This document shows, one piece after another, positions 41,248 to 54,379 of a stretch of 64,000 nucleotides of DNA. A program made the translations under genes and the position numbers. Each line of letters opens with the position of its first letter. The first letter of the stretch is position 1. The notes under the pieces were generated by a model. It was not told the origin of the DNA. It did not search any database and worked only from the letters and a program-made list of their open reading frames with translations. Origin of the DNA: Octopus vulgaris (Eukaryota); contig OX597830.1 of the NCBI GenBank assembly GCA_951406725.2, positions 77,872,001 through 77,936,000 on the forward strand, read 5' to 3'.

Positions 41248-41285
41248 TCTTTAACGTTTCGAGCCTACGCTCTTCAACAGAAAGA
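41248..41285 (-). ncRNA. Identical hammerhead-like motif in the 5' pseudo-LTR
   Basis: Same 38-nt sequence as 36771-36808, 4477 nt away. Confidence 0.7.
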
Positions 41286-42499
41286 TACACAGAGAGAGAA
41301 AAACACAGAAAGAAGGAGAGAAAAAAATGCGTGCAGTAGCTAACGAATCAACATGGCGATCTGATTTCGGCCAGAGGTCAAAGATCAAACATGAGACGCG
41401 AGAGCGAAATAAGGGGAGATAATAGGGTTGAGGGACCAGCTAAAAGTGCGTGGGAGGGGTCTGGATGTGTATGTATAGGGTTGGTGTATGTATTAGTATG
41501 TATAAGGGTGTGTGTGTGTGTGTGTGTGTGTATGAGAGAGTATCAGTGCGTGGGATTGGTCTGGACGTGCGTATGTATGGGGTTGGTGTATGTATTAGTA
41601 TGTATTAGTACGTATTGGTATGTATAGGTGTGTGTGTGTGTGTGTGAGAGAGTATATATATATATATCTATGTGTGTGCGTGTATGTATGTATATATAAA
41701 GATATATAGATATATACATATATATATGTGTGTGCGTGAATGTATGTATATATATATATATAAATGCACACATATATATGTATTGCGAATGCAATGAACA
41801 ATATAACACAGGAGGTAAAATTTTAAATACTTTTCGGAGGTTAGTCCTTCATCACAAGAAATCGAGAAGTGTTTAGGATCCAGGTACAAATGCAGTCCTA
41901 TATGGAGGGGTTAAGAAAGGAGATATACATAACCGTAAGGCAATTTGTATGGTTTGGGAGATATTTGAATGTTTGTAGAAGCTTGCAAGAGCGGAAGTAT
42001 AATAGTGTGGGTCAATGATCACGTAAGTAGCTGGTTTGTGTGCATGGGAAATATTTCAAACGGTTAGTTTTGTCACATCCTATGTCAAACTGAATCTCCA
42101 TGAGAACTACATTAAGGATACACATGTCTATGGAGTGCTCAGCCACTTGCACACTAACTTCATAAGCAGGCGGTTCCAATCAACTGGAACCCCTATCGTT
42201 GTAACCCGTTATGTATGTATGCGTATTTGTTCCATCGAGTTTCTCCCAATATGCTGTTGTTGTCTCCAGGCGATTACATTTGATTCAAATACTCTGAGTT
42301 AGATGTACACCAGTTGATTTTTTTCATATTTTAAATTTGACTCTCATCAGAGTCGACACTGGTTTTCATCTTTCTGGTTGAGCTCTATAACAGAAACTAT
42401 CCAGTAAATGTCTAGTACTGTTGAAATAATTTCCCAGTGAAATACTGGTAAACTTCAACAAATTGTTACATGCAGGGTTTTGCATGTAAACAAAACTAA

Positions 42500-43262
42500 T
42501 AAAATATATAAAACTAAAAAGAGAGCGATCACTAATGTATAATCCTCAATAGAGAGGAGACCGTTTGAGGGCTGCTCATAAAAACCACAGGTACCCTGAC
42601 TTTTGGGGCAGATGTCCTTTATCATTTCCTTTCCTCTTTCCAACTACAGGTGTATGTTCAGGGCAGGCCCGTTCACTCGTATCATTTTCGCCAATTTCAT
42701 CCCCTTTTCGGCAAACTGATTAGAAGACATTTCCCTCTCTACCCTTCTTTTCGTTTTCAAGTGAAACTTAAAAGAATTTCATCAGGGATTGGCCAAACAG
42801 AAAAGTGTTTGTCTTCAGCCCCTTCAATCTCGTCCACCACACAACTTCTTTCGCCATGCCGCCAGGTATGGCGAAAGAAGTTGTGTGGTGGACGAGATTT
42901 CTCGGTTAAAGAAAGGCGGCAGGGGCGTTCTTCTCGATGGATTCAGTTGATTGTCGGATCCGTCTCACACGCGACAGCAGGTGTTCGACATAAATCCACA
43001 GGTCAGCGATGCTTGGGCACTGGACAAGAGCATTCAGGACCGTCTCGTCGTCCTGCTCGCATCTCGGACATGCTCGGCTGACGGCACTTCTGTGCATAGT
43101 AAATTTATCTCGAACAGGCAAAGCTCCCCGGTAGCACTGCTAGATTTTGGGAAATCATCCATTGCTCACAGTCCGAAAGTTCTCCGGAAAAGGGCGACTA
43201 GCTGATCTTCGACGCCCAATTGTCTCCCCAAGAACGTCGTTGCACTTTTCCTCCACTAACGG
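42500..43262 (-). mobile_element. Degenerate L1/Tx1-clade LINE 3' fragment
   Basis: PVRDKF...CPRCEQDDETVLNALVQC, homologous to 14500-15230. Confidence 0.82.
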
Positions 43263-43742
43263 CAAAATGTCTGTCTGTATGTCCTTTATATAAATCCACA
43301 ATTTTTCAGTTAGAGGGCTCACACTTTCTATGGTCATTCAAAACCGTCCAAGGGTGGTCGTGCACATTTTTACATTTCCCCAGTCAAAGCCATTAAAAAA
43401 ATCAATAGAAGTGACTTTTTTGTGAATTTTCTATCCAAAACCCAATCAAAATGCCCGAACCTTGATACGTCAATTGAATGCCAGCTAGCTGTATGTGATT
43501 GGTCGGAGATTTGGACAGTACTTGCGTGTATGTGCGCACGCACACAGCTGTATATGCATGCACTAGCACTATGAGACGGCGTTGCCGGGTCATAGTGCTA
43601 GTCTTCTATAAAAAGCTAAAGAGGTCGTTCCACCTATCGCACTGTCCGATTGTCTGAGGTCTGTGAGCGCTTGAAGGTATTCCACTTTGCAAAAAGCTCC
43701 CCTTCGGTCTCTGCTTTACCCAGGACTGCAGCTCCGTTAAGG

Positions 43743-43798
<56 letters not shown>

Positions 43799-44578
43799 TT
43801 ATTCTTTTATTGGCCTAATAAAGAAACAAAATGAAGAATAAAAAGTAAAGAATTGGAAAATGAAATCACTTTATGAGCAAATACCTCAGAGAAATCGAAG
43901 GAAAAGACAAGATCAGCACTTGGAGATGACTAAGAAATATATATATATATATATATTGGATATATATTAGAGCATAATATACATCGATCCCAGTACTTAA
44001 CTGGTATTTTATTGACCCTAGAAGGATCAATGGCACACCTATTAACAACGCTTAAACATCTTGTGGGGTTATAAACACAGTGTAATTGATTATATCAAAG
44101 CCAATATTTGACTGGCATTTGTTTTATTGATCCCTGAAAAGAAAAAATGTAGTAAACCGAATAACTGCTCTTCACACGATTTGAACCCCTAGCACGAAAG
44201 CCACATCTTATTTTAATGAAAACGCGGACTTAAACTATACACTTTGTTTACAGGGGATTAGAGTTATTTCCCTTGATCTGAATCTTGTCAAACGTTTGAA
44301 ATATTTCCATTAATATTGGTTTCCAATTTTGGCACAGGGCCAGCAATTTCGGAAAGGGACTAAGTCGATTACATCGCGATTTGAGCATCGGGCTTATAAT
44401 TGTGGGGTTGTGAGCTCGTTTCCCGGACCGAGCTATGTGTTGTGTTCTTAAGCAAGACACTTTATTTCACGTTGTTCCAGGTCACTCAGCTGTAGCATTG
44501 AGTAGCAATGTCACTGGTGTCAAGCTGTATCAGCCTTTGCCTTTCCCTTGGATAACATCGGTTATTTGGAGAGGGGAG

Positions 44579-44936
44579 GGAACTTTTCGCTTTGACCGGC
44601 AGGTTTTTAAAATAATTTCTTTGTAACTAAACACTTTTAAACTTCGTATACTGGTAGAATGTGCTACATAAAACATCTTTTTCTCTTGGCTTTCTTGAGA
44701 AAATTCTGTAGTTTGTAAGCTATTTGTTGTTTAATTTCTTGCATTTCGGCAATTTCAACCAATCAATGACGACTATTGAGGTGAATACAATATCTCCGGA
44801 TCTTTGTCAACAGCAATTATAAATGTGTTACATTAAAGATGTTTTATGTAACACATTCTACCAGTATACGAAGTTTAAAAGGGTTTAGTTACAAAGAAAT
44901 TATTTTAAAAATCTGCCGGTCAAAGCAAAAATATCC
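44579..44936. mobile_element. MITE with ~100-bp TIRs, GG...CC termini and 8-bp TSD (Merlin- or Mutator-like)
   Basis: ggaacttttcgctttgaccggcag...aacatcttt versus aaagatgtt...ctgccggtcaaagcaaaaatatcc; GAGGGGAG at 44571-44578 and 44937-44944. Confidence 0.85.
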
Positions 44937-45185
44937 GAGGGGAGGCTGGTATGCATGAACAACTGCTAGTCTTTTATAAACAATCTTGCCCGGACTTGTG
45001 CCTTGGAGGGGAATTTTCTTGGTGTATTTTCATGGTCATTCATAACCGAAGGGGATATTAAAAAAATAAAGATTAATCAGAACAGTGTATAAGAAAATTA
45101 AAGCAACTAATTTCGATAATCGCTCTGAGTTCAAATCCAACCAGAACCAATTTTACTTTCCTTCCTTTCAAGGGTGAGGGATCGA

Positions 45186-45647
45186 TAAATAAAGTTCCGG
45201 GCAGTGCCGTCTTAGGATATGGGCATAATCGGGTGGTAGTTTCCAAAGTATAGGATCCGTTTGTATGTTATGGATTGCTGTCAATAAATAAATACTATAG
45301 GGCCCAACGCATTGATTGCTCGGGTGCCTATGATTCTGCTAAGTCAGCCCCGGTCCTGGAGCTGAGTCTTCCCCCACTGCTCCATTCATCCTTTATTTTT
45401 CTCTGTCTGGCTTCTCTAAATAAAGTTCCGGGAAGTGCCGTCTTAGGATATGGGCATAATCGGGTGGTAGTTTCCAAAGTATAGGACCCGTTTGTATGTT
45501 ATGGATTGCTGTCAATAAATAAATACTACAGGGCCCAACGCATTGATTGCTCGGGTGCCTATGATTCTGCTAAGTCAGCCCCGGTTCTGGAGCTGAGTCT
45601 TTCCCCCACTTCTCATTCATCCTTTATTTTTCTCTGTCTGGTTTCTC
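45186..45647. repeat. Tandem duplication, 2 x ~231 bp
   Basis: taaataaagttccggg...ttctctgtctgg starts at 45186 and again at 45417 with few differences. Confidence 0.92.
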
Positions 45648-45878
45648 AACTTGATCGGCTTTGATGTACACCTTGATGATTGTTGATAAACAGCTTCAAG
45701 ACGGATCGGCTCTGCCATGCATGCAAATATTCAAGTCCGGTAAGTTCACCGTCATCAATTCACCGTTTGTTTTTTTTTTATCAATAAAATATTACGGAGA
45801 TGTACTTGCATAGCAAGTGACCTGATCTGAGGCCGTGTTTGTGCCACCACCCCCTCCCAACATCGCTTGACAACCACA

Positions 45879-46681
45879 TGAGGAGTGGCTGTGTGGTAAG
45901 TAGCTTGCTTACCAACCACATGGTTGCGGATTCAGTCCCACTGCGTGGTACTTTGTGTAAGTGTCTTCTATTATAGCCTCGGGCTGACCAAACCCTTGTG
46001 AGTGGATTTGGAAGACGGAAACTGAAAGAGGCCCGTCGTATATATGTCTATATATGTATATGTATATGTGTATGCTTATGTTTATGTGTCTGTGTTTGTC
46101 CCCCCTCCCAACATCGCTTGACAACCAATGCTGGTGTTTATACGTCCCTGTAACTTAGCTGTTCGGCAAAAGAGACATAGAATAAGTACTAGGCTCACAA
46201 AGAATAAGTCCTGGGGTCGATTTGGTCGACTAAAGGCGGTGCTCTTGCATGGCCACAGTCACATGACTGAAACAAATAAAAGAGTAAAAGAGTAATAATG
46301 CCTAACCATTGATATTTAAAAACTATTTTAATGATTGCAGAGTGGAAGGTGTTATAGGCCATTTAGGAACCACACAAAAACCGTTAGATTCACTTCCACA
46401 TTTAAATTTTAATTTGTCAAAATATTTTCGTCGCTTTGAGACCGCGACCTGTTTTCACTGACAAAACTTCGTGCTCAAAGCGACGAAAATATTTTGACAA
46501 ATTAAATTTAAATGTGGAAGGCGCAGGAGTGGCTGTGTGGTAAGTAGCTTCCTTACCAACCACATGGTTCTGGGTTCAGTCCCACTGCATGGCATCTTGG
46601 GAAAGTGTCTTCTGCTATAGCTTCGGGCCGACCAATGCCTTGTGAGTGGATTTGGTAGACGGAAACTGAAAGAAGCCTGTC

Positions 46682-46727
<46 letters not shown>

Positions 46728-47467
46728 ATATATATATGTATTTGTGCGTATGTTTGTGTCTGTGTTTGTCCCCTTAGCATTGCTTGACAACCGATGCTGG
46801 TGTGTTTACGTCTCCGTCACTTAGCGGTTCGGCAAAAGAGACCGATAGAATAAGTACAAGGCTTACAAAGAACAAGTCCCGGGTCGATTTGATCGACTAA
46901 AGGCGGTGCTCCAGCATGGCCGCAGTCAAATGACTGAAACAAGTAAAAGAGTAAAAGAGTAAGTGAATCTAACGGTTTTTGTGTGGTTCCTAAATGGCTT
47001 ATAAACACCTTCCACGCTGCAATAAACAAAATAGCTTTTAACTATCAATGGTTAGGCACTGTTTCTCTTTTACTCTTTTACTAGTTTCAGTCATGTGACT
47101 GTGGCCATGCTGGAGCACCGCCTTTAGTCGATCAAATCGACCCCAGGACTTATTCTTTGTGAGCCTAGTACTTATTCTATCGGTCTCTTTTGCCGAACAG
47201 CTAAGTTACAGGGACGTAAACACACCAGCATTGGTTGTCAAGCGATGTTGGGAGGGGGGACAAACACAGACACACAAACATATGCATACACATACACATA
47301 TACATATAGACATATATACGACGGGTTTCTTTCAGTTTCCACTGACAAGGCTTTGGTCAGCCCGAGACTATAGTAGAAGACACTTACACAAAGTACCACG
47401 CAGTGGGACTGAATCCGCAACCATGTGGTTGGTAAGCAAGCACTACTTACCACACAGCCACTCCTCA
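45879..47467. repeat. 1.6-kb inverted duplication (SINE plus palindromic element) with a younger SINE inserted in one arm
   Basis: Arm 45879-46440 mirrors 46474-46520 plus 46961-47467; spacer 46441-46473; intervening SINE 46521-46960. Confidence 0.88.
46521..46960 (+). mobile_element. Full-length tRNA-derived SINE family A (representative)
   Basis: A box TGGCTGTGTGG and B box GGTTCAGTCCC, CTTGGGAAAGTG core, internal (TA)n/(TG)n and (gtaaaaga)n tail. Other copies lie at about 1-120, 3800-4090, 8520-9065, 11260-11590, 12650-13350, 15345-15676, 17755-18175, 18780-19530, 20028-20170, 22070-22450, 25393-25746, 35190-35460, 45879-46293, 47063-47467, 52230-52930 and 56160-56930. Confidence 0.9.
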
Positions 47468-47804
47468 AAGCGGTAATGAATCTAGCAGCTCAACGCTTTC
47501 AAACTCAAATTTTAAATATTGTTCTTTTCTACTCTAGGCACAAGGCCCTAAATTTTGGAGGACTGGGCCAGTCGATTAGATCGACTCCAATACGCGGCAG
47601 GTACTTATTATACCGACCTCGAAAGGATGACAGGCAAAGTCGACCTCGGCATAATTTGAACTCAATAAAATAATTTTTGACTATCAGTTGTGAGATACTG
47701 TGGATATATTTTTCTCGGTAAACTTTCTTTACTGTGAACTTTCTTCACGGTGAATCGACGGCGGTGAACTCTCCTCATGACCGAAGGGGGTCTCCTCCAC
47801 CCCC

Positions 47805-47865
<61 letters not shown>

Positions 47866-48608
47866 TATCATCATCATCATCGTCATCGTCATCATCATCA
47901 TATCATCATCATCATCATTATTATTATTATTAAGGCGGTGAGCTGACAGAATCGTAAGCACGCCAGGCAGAATACTTAGCGGCATCTCGTCGGCTCTTAC
48001 GTTCTGAGTTCAAATTCCCCGGGGGCGGGGGTTCGATTTTGCCGTTCATCTTTTCAGTGTCGATAAATTAAGTACTAGTGAAACACTGGGATCAATGTAA
48101 TCGACTAGTCCCCTCTTCTAGAAAAAACGTCAGGCCTTGTACCTATAGTGTAAAGGATTATTATCGAAGATAACGACACAACAGAATCGTTGGTACGACA
48201 GACAAACCGCTTAGCTACATTTCATCCGTCTTTATGCCCCAAGTTTAGTTGAGTTGATATTTTTCTTTTATCCTTTCGTAGTCGATAAAATTAGTACCAG
48301 TTGAGCACTGGGGTGGGGTCGATGTAATCCCCTAAGTTTCAGGCATTGTGCCTTAACGGAAACGATTATTATTATAATTAGATCGGATGGTGAATTATTC
48401 TTCCTAGTAGGTCGAGAATGTTCTGGCTGGCTCAAGTCGGCTTGTCTATTGTGTGTAGACATGCCTGGTGGTAATCACTGGAGCATGTGCGAAAGGCTAC
48501 ATTATCTCCTCTCACTCACCTACTACTGTCTCCAGAGTATTCTTTCGATATCTGTACACATTCTGCAGTGTACAGTTTTAGAGCATCAAGATTTATGAGG
48601 TTCGCGTC

Positions 48609-48654
<46 letters not shown>

Positions 48655-48721
48655 AGTTTGAGAGTTTTTTCTTTCTTTTTTTCTTTTTTTTTCTCTCCAT
48701 ATCTTTGATCTGCTATCAACG

Positions 48722-48795
48722 AACTATTGAGAGACACATCACAATTTTTAAAAAACAACGGCGATGACCACGACGATGATGATGATGATGATGAC

Positions 48796-48830
<35 letters not shown>

Positions 48831-49047
48831 CGACGACGACAATGATGGTGGTGGTGGTGGTGGTGGTGGTGGTGATGATGATGATGATGATGACGATGAG
48901 GGTAACGATGATGATGATGATGATGACGACGACGACGACGACGATGATGATGGTGGTGGTGGTGGTGGTGGTGGTGATGATGACGATGACGATGACGATG
49001 ATGACGACGACGATGATGATGACGATGATGATGATGATGACGATGAT

Positions 49048-49079
<32 letters not shown>

Positions 49080-49122
49080 TGATGATGATGACGACGACGA
49101 CGACGATGACGACGACGACGAC

Positions 49123-49179
<57 letters not shown>

Positions 49180-49346
49180 TGAATGAATAAAGAGAGAAGA
49201 TTAAACATATTAACTGGACATATGGCCAGCTTCTTTTATCTCTTGTTTTGTTTTGTTTTCACCTCGCATTTAATACTGATACCGAAGGAGAGGAGCTTAG
49301 CATAAATAACGCCAACAATGCATATGTATGTATGTATTTATGTATG

Positions 49347-49378
<32 letters not shown>

Positions 49379-49804
49379 TGTATTGAAGTGAGTGCGTGTG
49401 TATGTATGTATGTATGTATGTATGTATGTATGTATGTATGTATGTATGTATGTATTGAAGTGAGTGCGTGTGTATGTATGTATGTATGTATGTATGTATG
49501 TATGTATGTATGTATGTATTGAAGTGTGTGTGTATGTATGTATGTATGTATGTATGTATGTATGTATGTATGTATGTATGTATGTATGTATGTATGTATT
49601 GAAGTGTGTGTGTATGTATGTATGTATGTATGTATGTATGTATGCATGTATGTATGTATGTATGTATGTATGTATGTACGTATGTATTGAAGTGTGTGTG
49701 TGTGTATGTATGTATGTATGTATGTATGTATGCATGTATGTATGTATGTATATATGTATATATGCATGTATGTATGTATGTATGTATGTATGTATGTATG
49801 TATG

Positions 49805-49835
<31 letters not shown>

Positions 49836-50364
49836 ATATGCATGTATGTATGTATGTATGTATGTATGTATGTATATATGTATGTATGTATGTATGCATG
49901 TATTGAAGTGTGTGTGTGTATGTATGTATGTATGTATATATGTATTGAAGTGTGTGTGTATGTATGTATGTATGTATGTATGTATGTATGTATGTATGTA
50001 TGTATGTATGTATGTATGTATGTATGTATGTATGTATGTATGTATGTATGTATGGTATGTATGTATCGTATATCTGTATGTACATTATGTATGTATGTAG
50101 TTTTATGAGTATGTATGTATGTATATGATGGTATGCGTAACGAGTATGAGTAGAGAGAGAGAGTATGTAGAGAGAGTATGTATTGAGAGTGTTTGTATGT
50201 ATGTTTCTTTGTTTGTATGTATGTATGTATGTATTATGCATGTTGTATGTATGTCCATGTATGTATGTATGTATGTATGCTATGTATGTATGTAACTATT
50301 GAGAGACACATCACAATTTTTAAAAAACAACGGCGATAACGACGACGATGATGATGATGATGAC

Positions 50365-50399
<35 letters not shown>

Positions 50400-50661
50400 C
50401 GACGACGACGATGATGGTGGTGGTCGTGGTGGTGGTGGTGATGATGATGATGATGACGATGAGGGTAACGATGATGATGATGATGATGACGACGACGACG
50501 ACGACGATGATGATGGTGGTGGTGGTGGTGGTGGTGGTGGTGATGATGACGATGACGATGACGATGATGACGACGACGATGATGATGACGATGATGATGA
50601 TGATGACGATGATGATGACGACGACGATGACGACGACGACGATGACGATGATGATGATGAC

Positions 50662-50732
<71 letters not shown>

Positions 50733-51950
50733 TGAATGAATAAAGAGAGAAGATTAAACATATTAACTGGACATATGGCCATGTATGTATGTTTTATCTC
50801 TTGTTTGTTTGTATTCACCTCGCATTTAATACTGATATGAAGTAGAGGAGCTTGTATAAATAACGCCAACAATGCATGTATGTATGTATGCATGTATGTA
50901 TGTATGTATGTATGTATGTATGTATGTATGTATGTATGTGTGTATGTATGTATGTATGTATGTATGTATGTATGTATGCATGTATGTATGTATGTATGTA
51001 TGTATGTATGTATGTATGCATGTATGTATGTATGCATGTATGCATGTATGTATGTATGTATGTATGTATGTATGCATGCATGTATGTATGTATGTATGCA
51101 TGTATGTATGTATGTATGCATGTATGTATGTATGTATGTATGTATGTATGTATGCATGTATGTATGTATGTATGTATGTATGTATGTATGTATGTATGTA
51201 TGTATGTATGTATGTATGTATGTATGTATGTATGTATGTATGTATGTATGTATGTATGTATGTATGTATGTATGTATGTATGTATGTATGTATGTATGTA
51301 TGTATGTATGTATGTATGTATGTATGTATGTATGTATGTATGTATGTATGTATGTATGTATGTATGTATGTATGTATGTATGTATGTATGTATGTATGTA
51401 TGTATGTATGTATGCATGTATGTATGTATGTATGCATGCATGTATGTATGTATGTATGTATGTATGCATGCATGTATGTATGTATGCGTGTGTGTGTGTA
51501 TGTATGTATGTATGTATATATGTATTGAAGTGTATGTATGTATGTATGTATGCATGTATGCATGTATGTATTTAAGTGTGTATGTATGTATGTATGCATT
51601 TATGTGTGTGTGTATGTATGTATGTATGTATGTATGTATGTATGTATGTATGTATGTATGTATGTATGTATTTAAGTGTGTGTGTATGTATGTATGTATG
51701 CATTTAAGTGTGTATGTATGTATATATTTAAGTGTGTAGGTATGTATGTATTTAAGTGTGTATGTATGTATGTATGTATGTATTGAAGTGTGTATGTATG
51801 TATTTAAGTATGTATGTATATAAGTGTGTAGGTATGTATGTATTTAAGTGTGTATGTATATATATTTGTATTCAAGTCTGTATGTATGTATGTATTTAAG
51901 TGTGTATCTATGTGTTTAAGTGAGTATGTATATATGTATTTATATATATA
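48722..51950. repeat. Tandem duplication (~1.57-kb unit) of a (GAT/GAC/GGT)n plus (TATG)n cassette
   Basis: aactattgagagacacatcacaatttttaaaaaacaacggcg at 48722 and 50294; the same unique spacer (gattaaacatattaactggacatatggcca) occurs in both units. Confidence 0.88.
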
Positions 51951-52449
51951 TGTATGCATAACGTGGAGGCACATGGTTTACTGTTTACGGTGTGGCACTC
52001 ATGATCGTAAGATTGCGGTTTCAATTCCTCGACTGAGCAACGAGTTGTGTCCTTCAGCAAAACACTGCATTTCACGTTGCTCAAGCAGACTCAGCTGGCA
52101 AAACTGAGTAATTCAGGGAAGAATATAAACGCGAGAGGGTCCGAGAACCCGTCTTATAGGCCTATGATTTAGGAAGGACCTTTGAACCTTTGTCTTGGTA
52201 CACATAGGAACATACATAATCATATATTTTTTCATTCTTTTACTTGTTTCAGTTATTTGACTGCGGCCATGCTAGAGCAACGCCTTCAGTCGGGCAAATC
52301 GACCCTAGAGCTTCTTCTTTGTAAACCTACTAATTAATCTATCGGGTACTTTTGCTGAATCGCTAGTTTACGGGAACATAAACACACCAGCATCGGTTGT
52401 CAAGTGATGTTGGGGAGACAAACACAGACACAAACATATACACACATAT

Positions 52450-52538
<89 letters not shown>

Positions 52539-52940
52539 GGTGCAGGAGTGGATGTGTGGTAAGTAGCTTGTTTACCAGCCATATGGTTCCGGGTTCAGTC
52601 CCACTGCGTGGCACCTTCGGCAGGTGACTTCTACTATAGCCTCGGGCCGACCAAAGCCTTGTGAGTGGATTTGGTAGACGGAAACTGAAAGAAGCCCGTC
52701 GTATATATGTATATATATGTGTGTGTGTATTTGTGTGTCTGTGTTTGTCCCCCTAGCATTGCTTGACAACCGATGGTGGTGTGTTTATGTCCCCATTACT
52801 TAGCGGTTCGGCAAAAGAGACCGATAGAATAAGTACTGGGCTTACAAAAGAATAAGTCTCGGGGTCGAGTTGCTCGATTAAAGGCGGTGCTCCAGCATGG
52901 CCGCAGTCAAGACTGAAACAAGTAAAAGAGTATATATATT

Positions 52941-53115
52941 CGGCATGATAGATCGCTAGCCACTACACATCCTTTATTTTCTCTCCTTGTTTTTTTTTTG
53001 TGGAAGAGCGTAGGCTTGAAACGTTAAAGACTTTTTCACTTCTCGAGCGGTATACTAATGCATCTGTTTGTTGTCTACACTACCTGTCCTCGTCTTACGT
53101 GTTTTTGTGAATTCT

Positions 53116-53118
<3 letters not shown>
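52941..53118 (+). mobile_element. Short Penelope pseudo-LTR-related element with degenerate hammerhead-like motif (~52994-53030)
   Basis: Starts cggcatgatagatcg, contains TTGTGGAAGAGCGTAGGCTTGAAACGTTAAAG and ends ctccc(ta)n. Confidence 0.78.
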
Positions 53119-53167
<49 letters not shown>

Positions 53168-53211
53168 CGGGATTCTTCCCGTTTCTGTCTACCAAATACC
53201 ACCCACAAGGT

Positions 53212-53285
<74 letters not shown>

Positions 53286-53910
53286 GTATAATCGTACTCA
53301 CATTCATATACTTGTGTAAAATCGTCAGCCCGTCGTCCAGTCGTACATGCATTCACTTACATCCATATACATTCTTATATTCATAATGCATGGATGGTAA
53401 TATACTTACGCACATATTTAAACAAAGAAACAACATGCATATATAAACCTATCACAAGCCTAAGCATATGGAAAGACAAACTCGTACACATCAAATGTAC
53501 ATACACATACACACATTCGCAAGCACACTCCTGCACATGCACATACATACATTGCTGTATTGCCATTGGTCAGTCAAGGTCATTAACTCTAAAAGCAAAT
53601 TTATGTTAAGTTGACCAAGCATAAACGGACCTCTCTTTCGCTTCCTCTTCCCCCCACCTCCCCCTCTCTTCCCCTATCTCTCCTTCTACCTACCTACTTA
53701 CAACTTTCCGTACCTTCTGCGCTCTCTCGTTTTGAACTCCCCCTCTCTCTCTCTATCCCCCCTCTCTCTTTCTATTCATACCATCATTCGCTCAAACACA
53801 CACATGCACGCACTTTTTCTCCCTTTTCCCATCTGTTTGTCTATCGGTCTATCTCTAAACGATATCTATCTATCTGTCTTTCTCTCTTGCTACACACATA
53901 TGCACACTCG

Positions 53911-53968
<58 letters not shown>

Positions 53969-54020
53969 AAAATATATATGTATATATATATATGTACATA
54001 TGTATGTGTGTGTATGCATA

Positions 54021-54064
<44 letters not shown>

Positions 54065-54379
54065 TATATATACTATATATATATATATATATATATATAC
54101 ATACTTACATATTATATACGCACATACATATATACATACATGCATACATACACACATCCACTTATATATCGCTCTCTCATGATCTCATCTCTCTCTATCT
54201 ATCTATCTATCTCTTTCCATTACCTCCACAGCACCCTGGGCCGAGCTCGCCCCCACCCCACACCCGAACACCCCAATCTCTTAACTCACCGTATAGTTTG
54301 TTTTAGCTTAGCCTGAAATCCTCAAGAGTGTCGTTAGACGGAGCTCGTAGTGTTACTGTTGTTATTTATGTGGACGGTG

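Larger units (their letters stand above)
36671..41656 (-). mobile_element. Near full-length Penelope-like retroelement (Neptune-type) in partial tandem arrangement with pseudo-LTRs
   Basis: An RT plus GIY-YIG ORF is flanked by 509-bp direct repeats (36671-37179 and 41148-41656) that look identical by eye. (TA)n lies on both outer sides. Confidence 0.95.

Noticed and set aside
44535-44560. PFPWI resembling a Hox hexapeptide
   Set aside because: It lies in a repeat downstream of the homeobox and lacks the Met.
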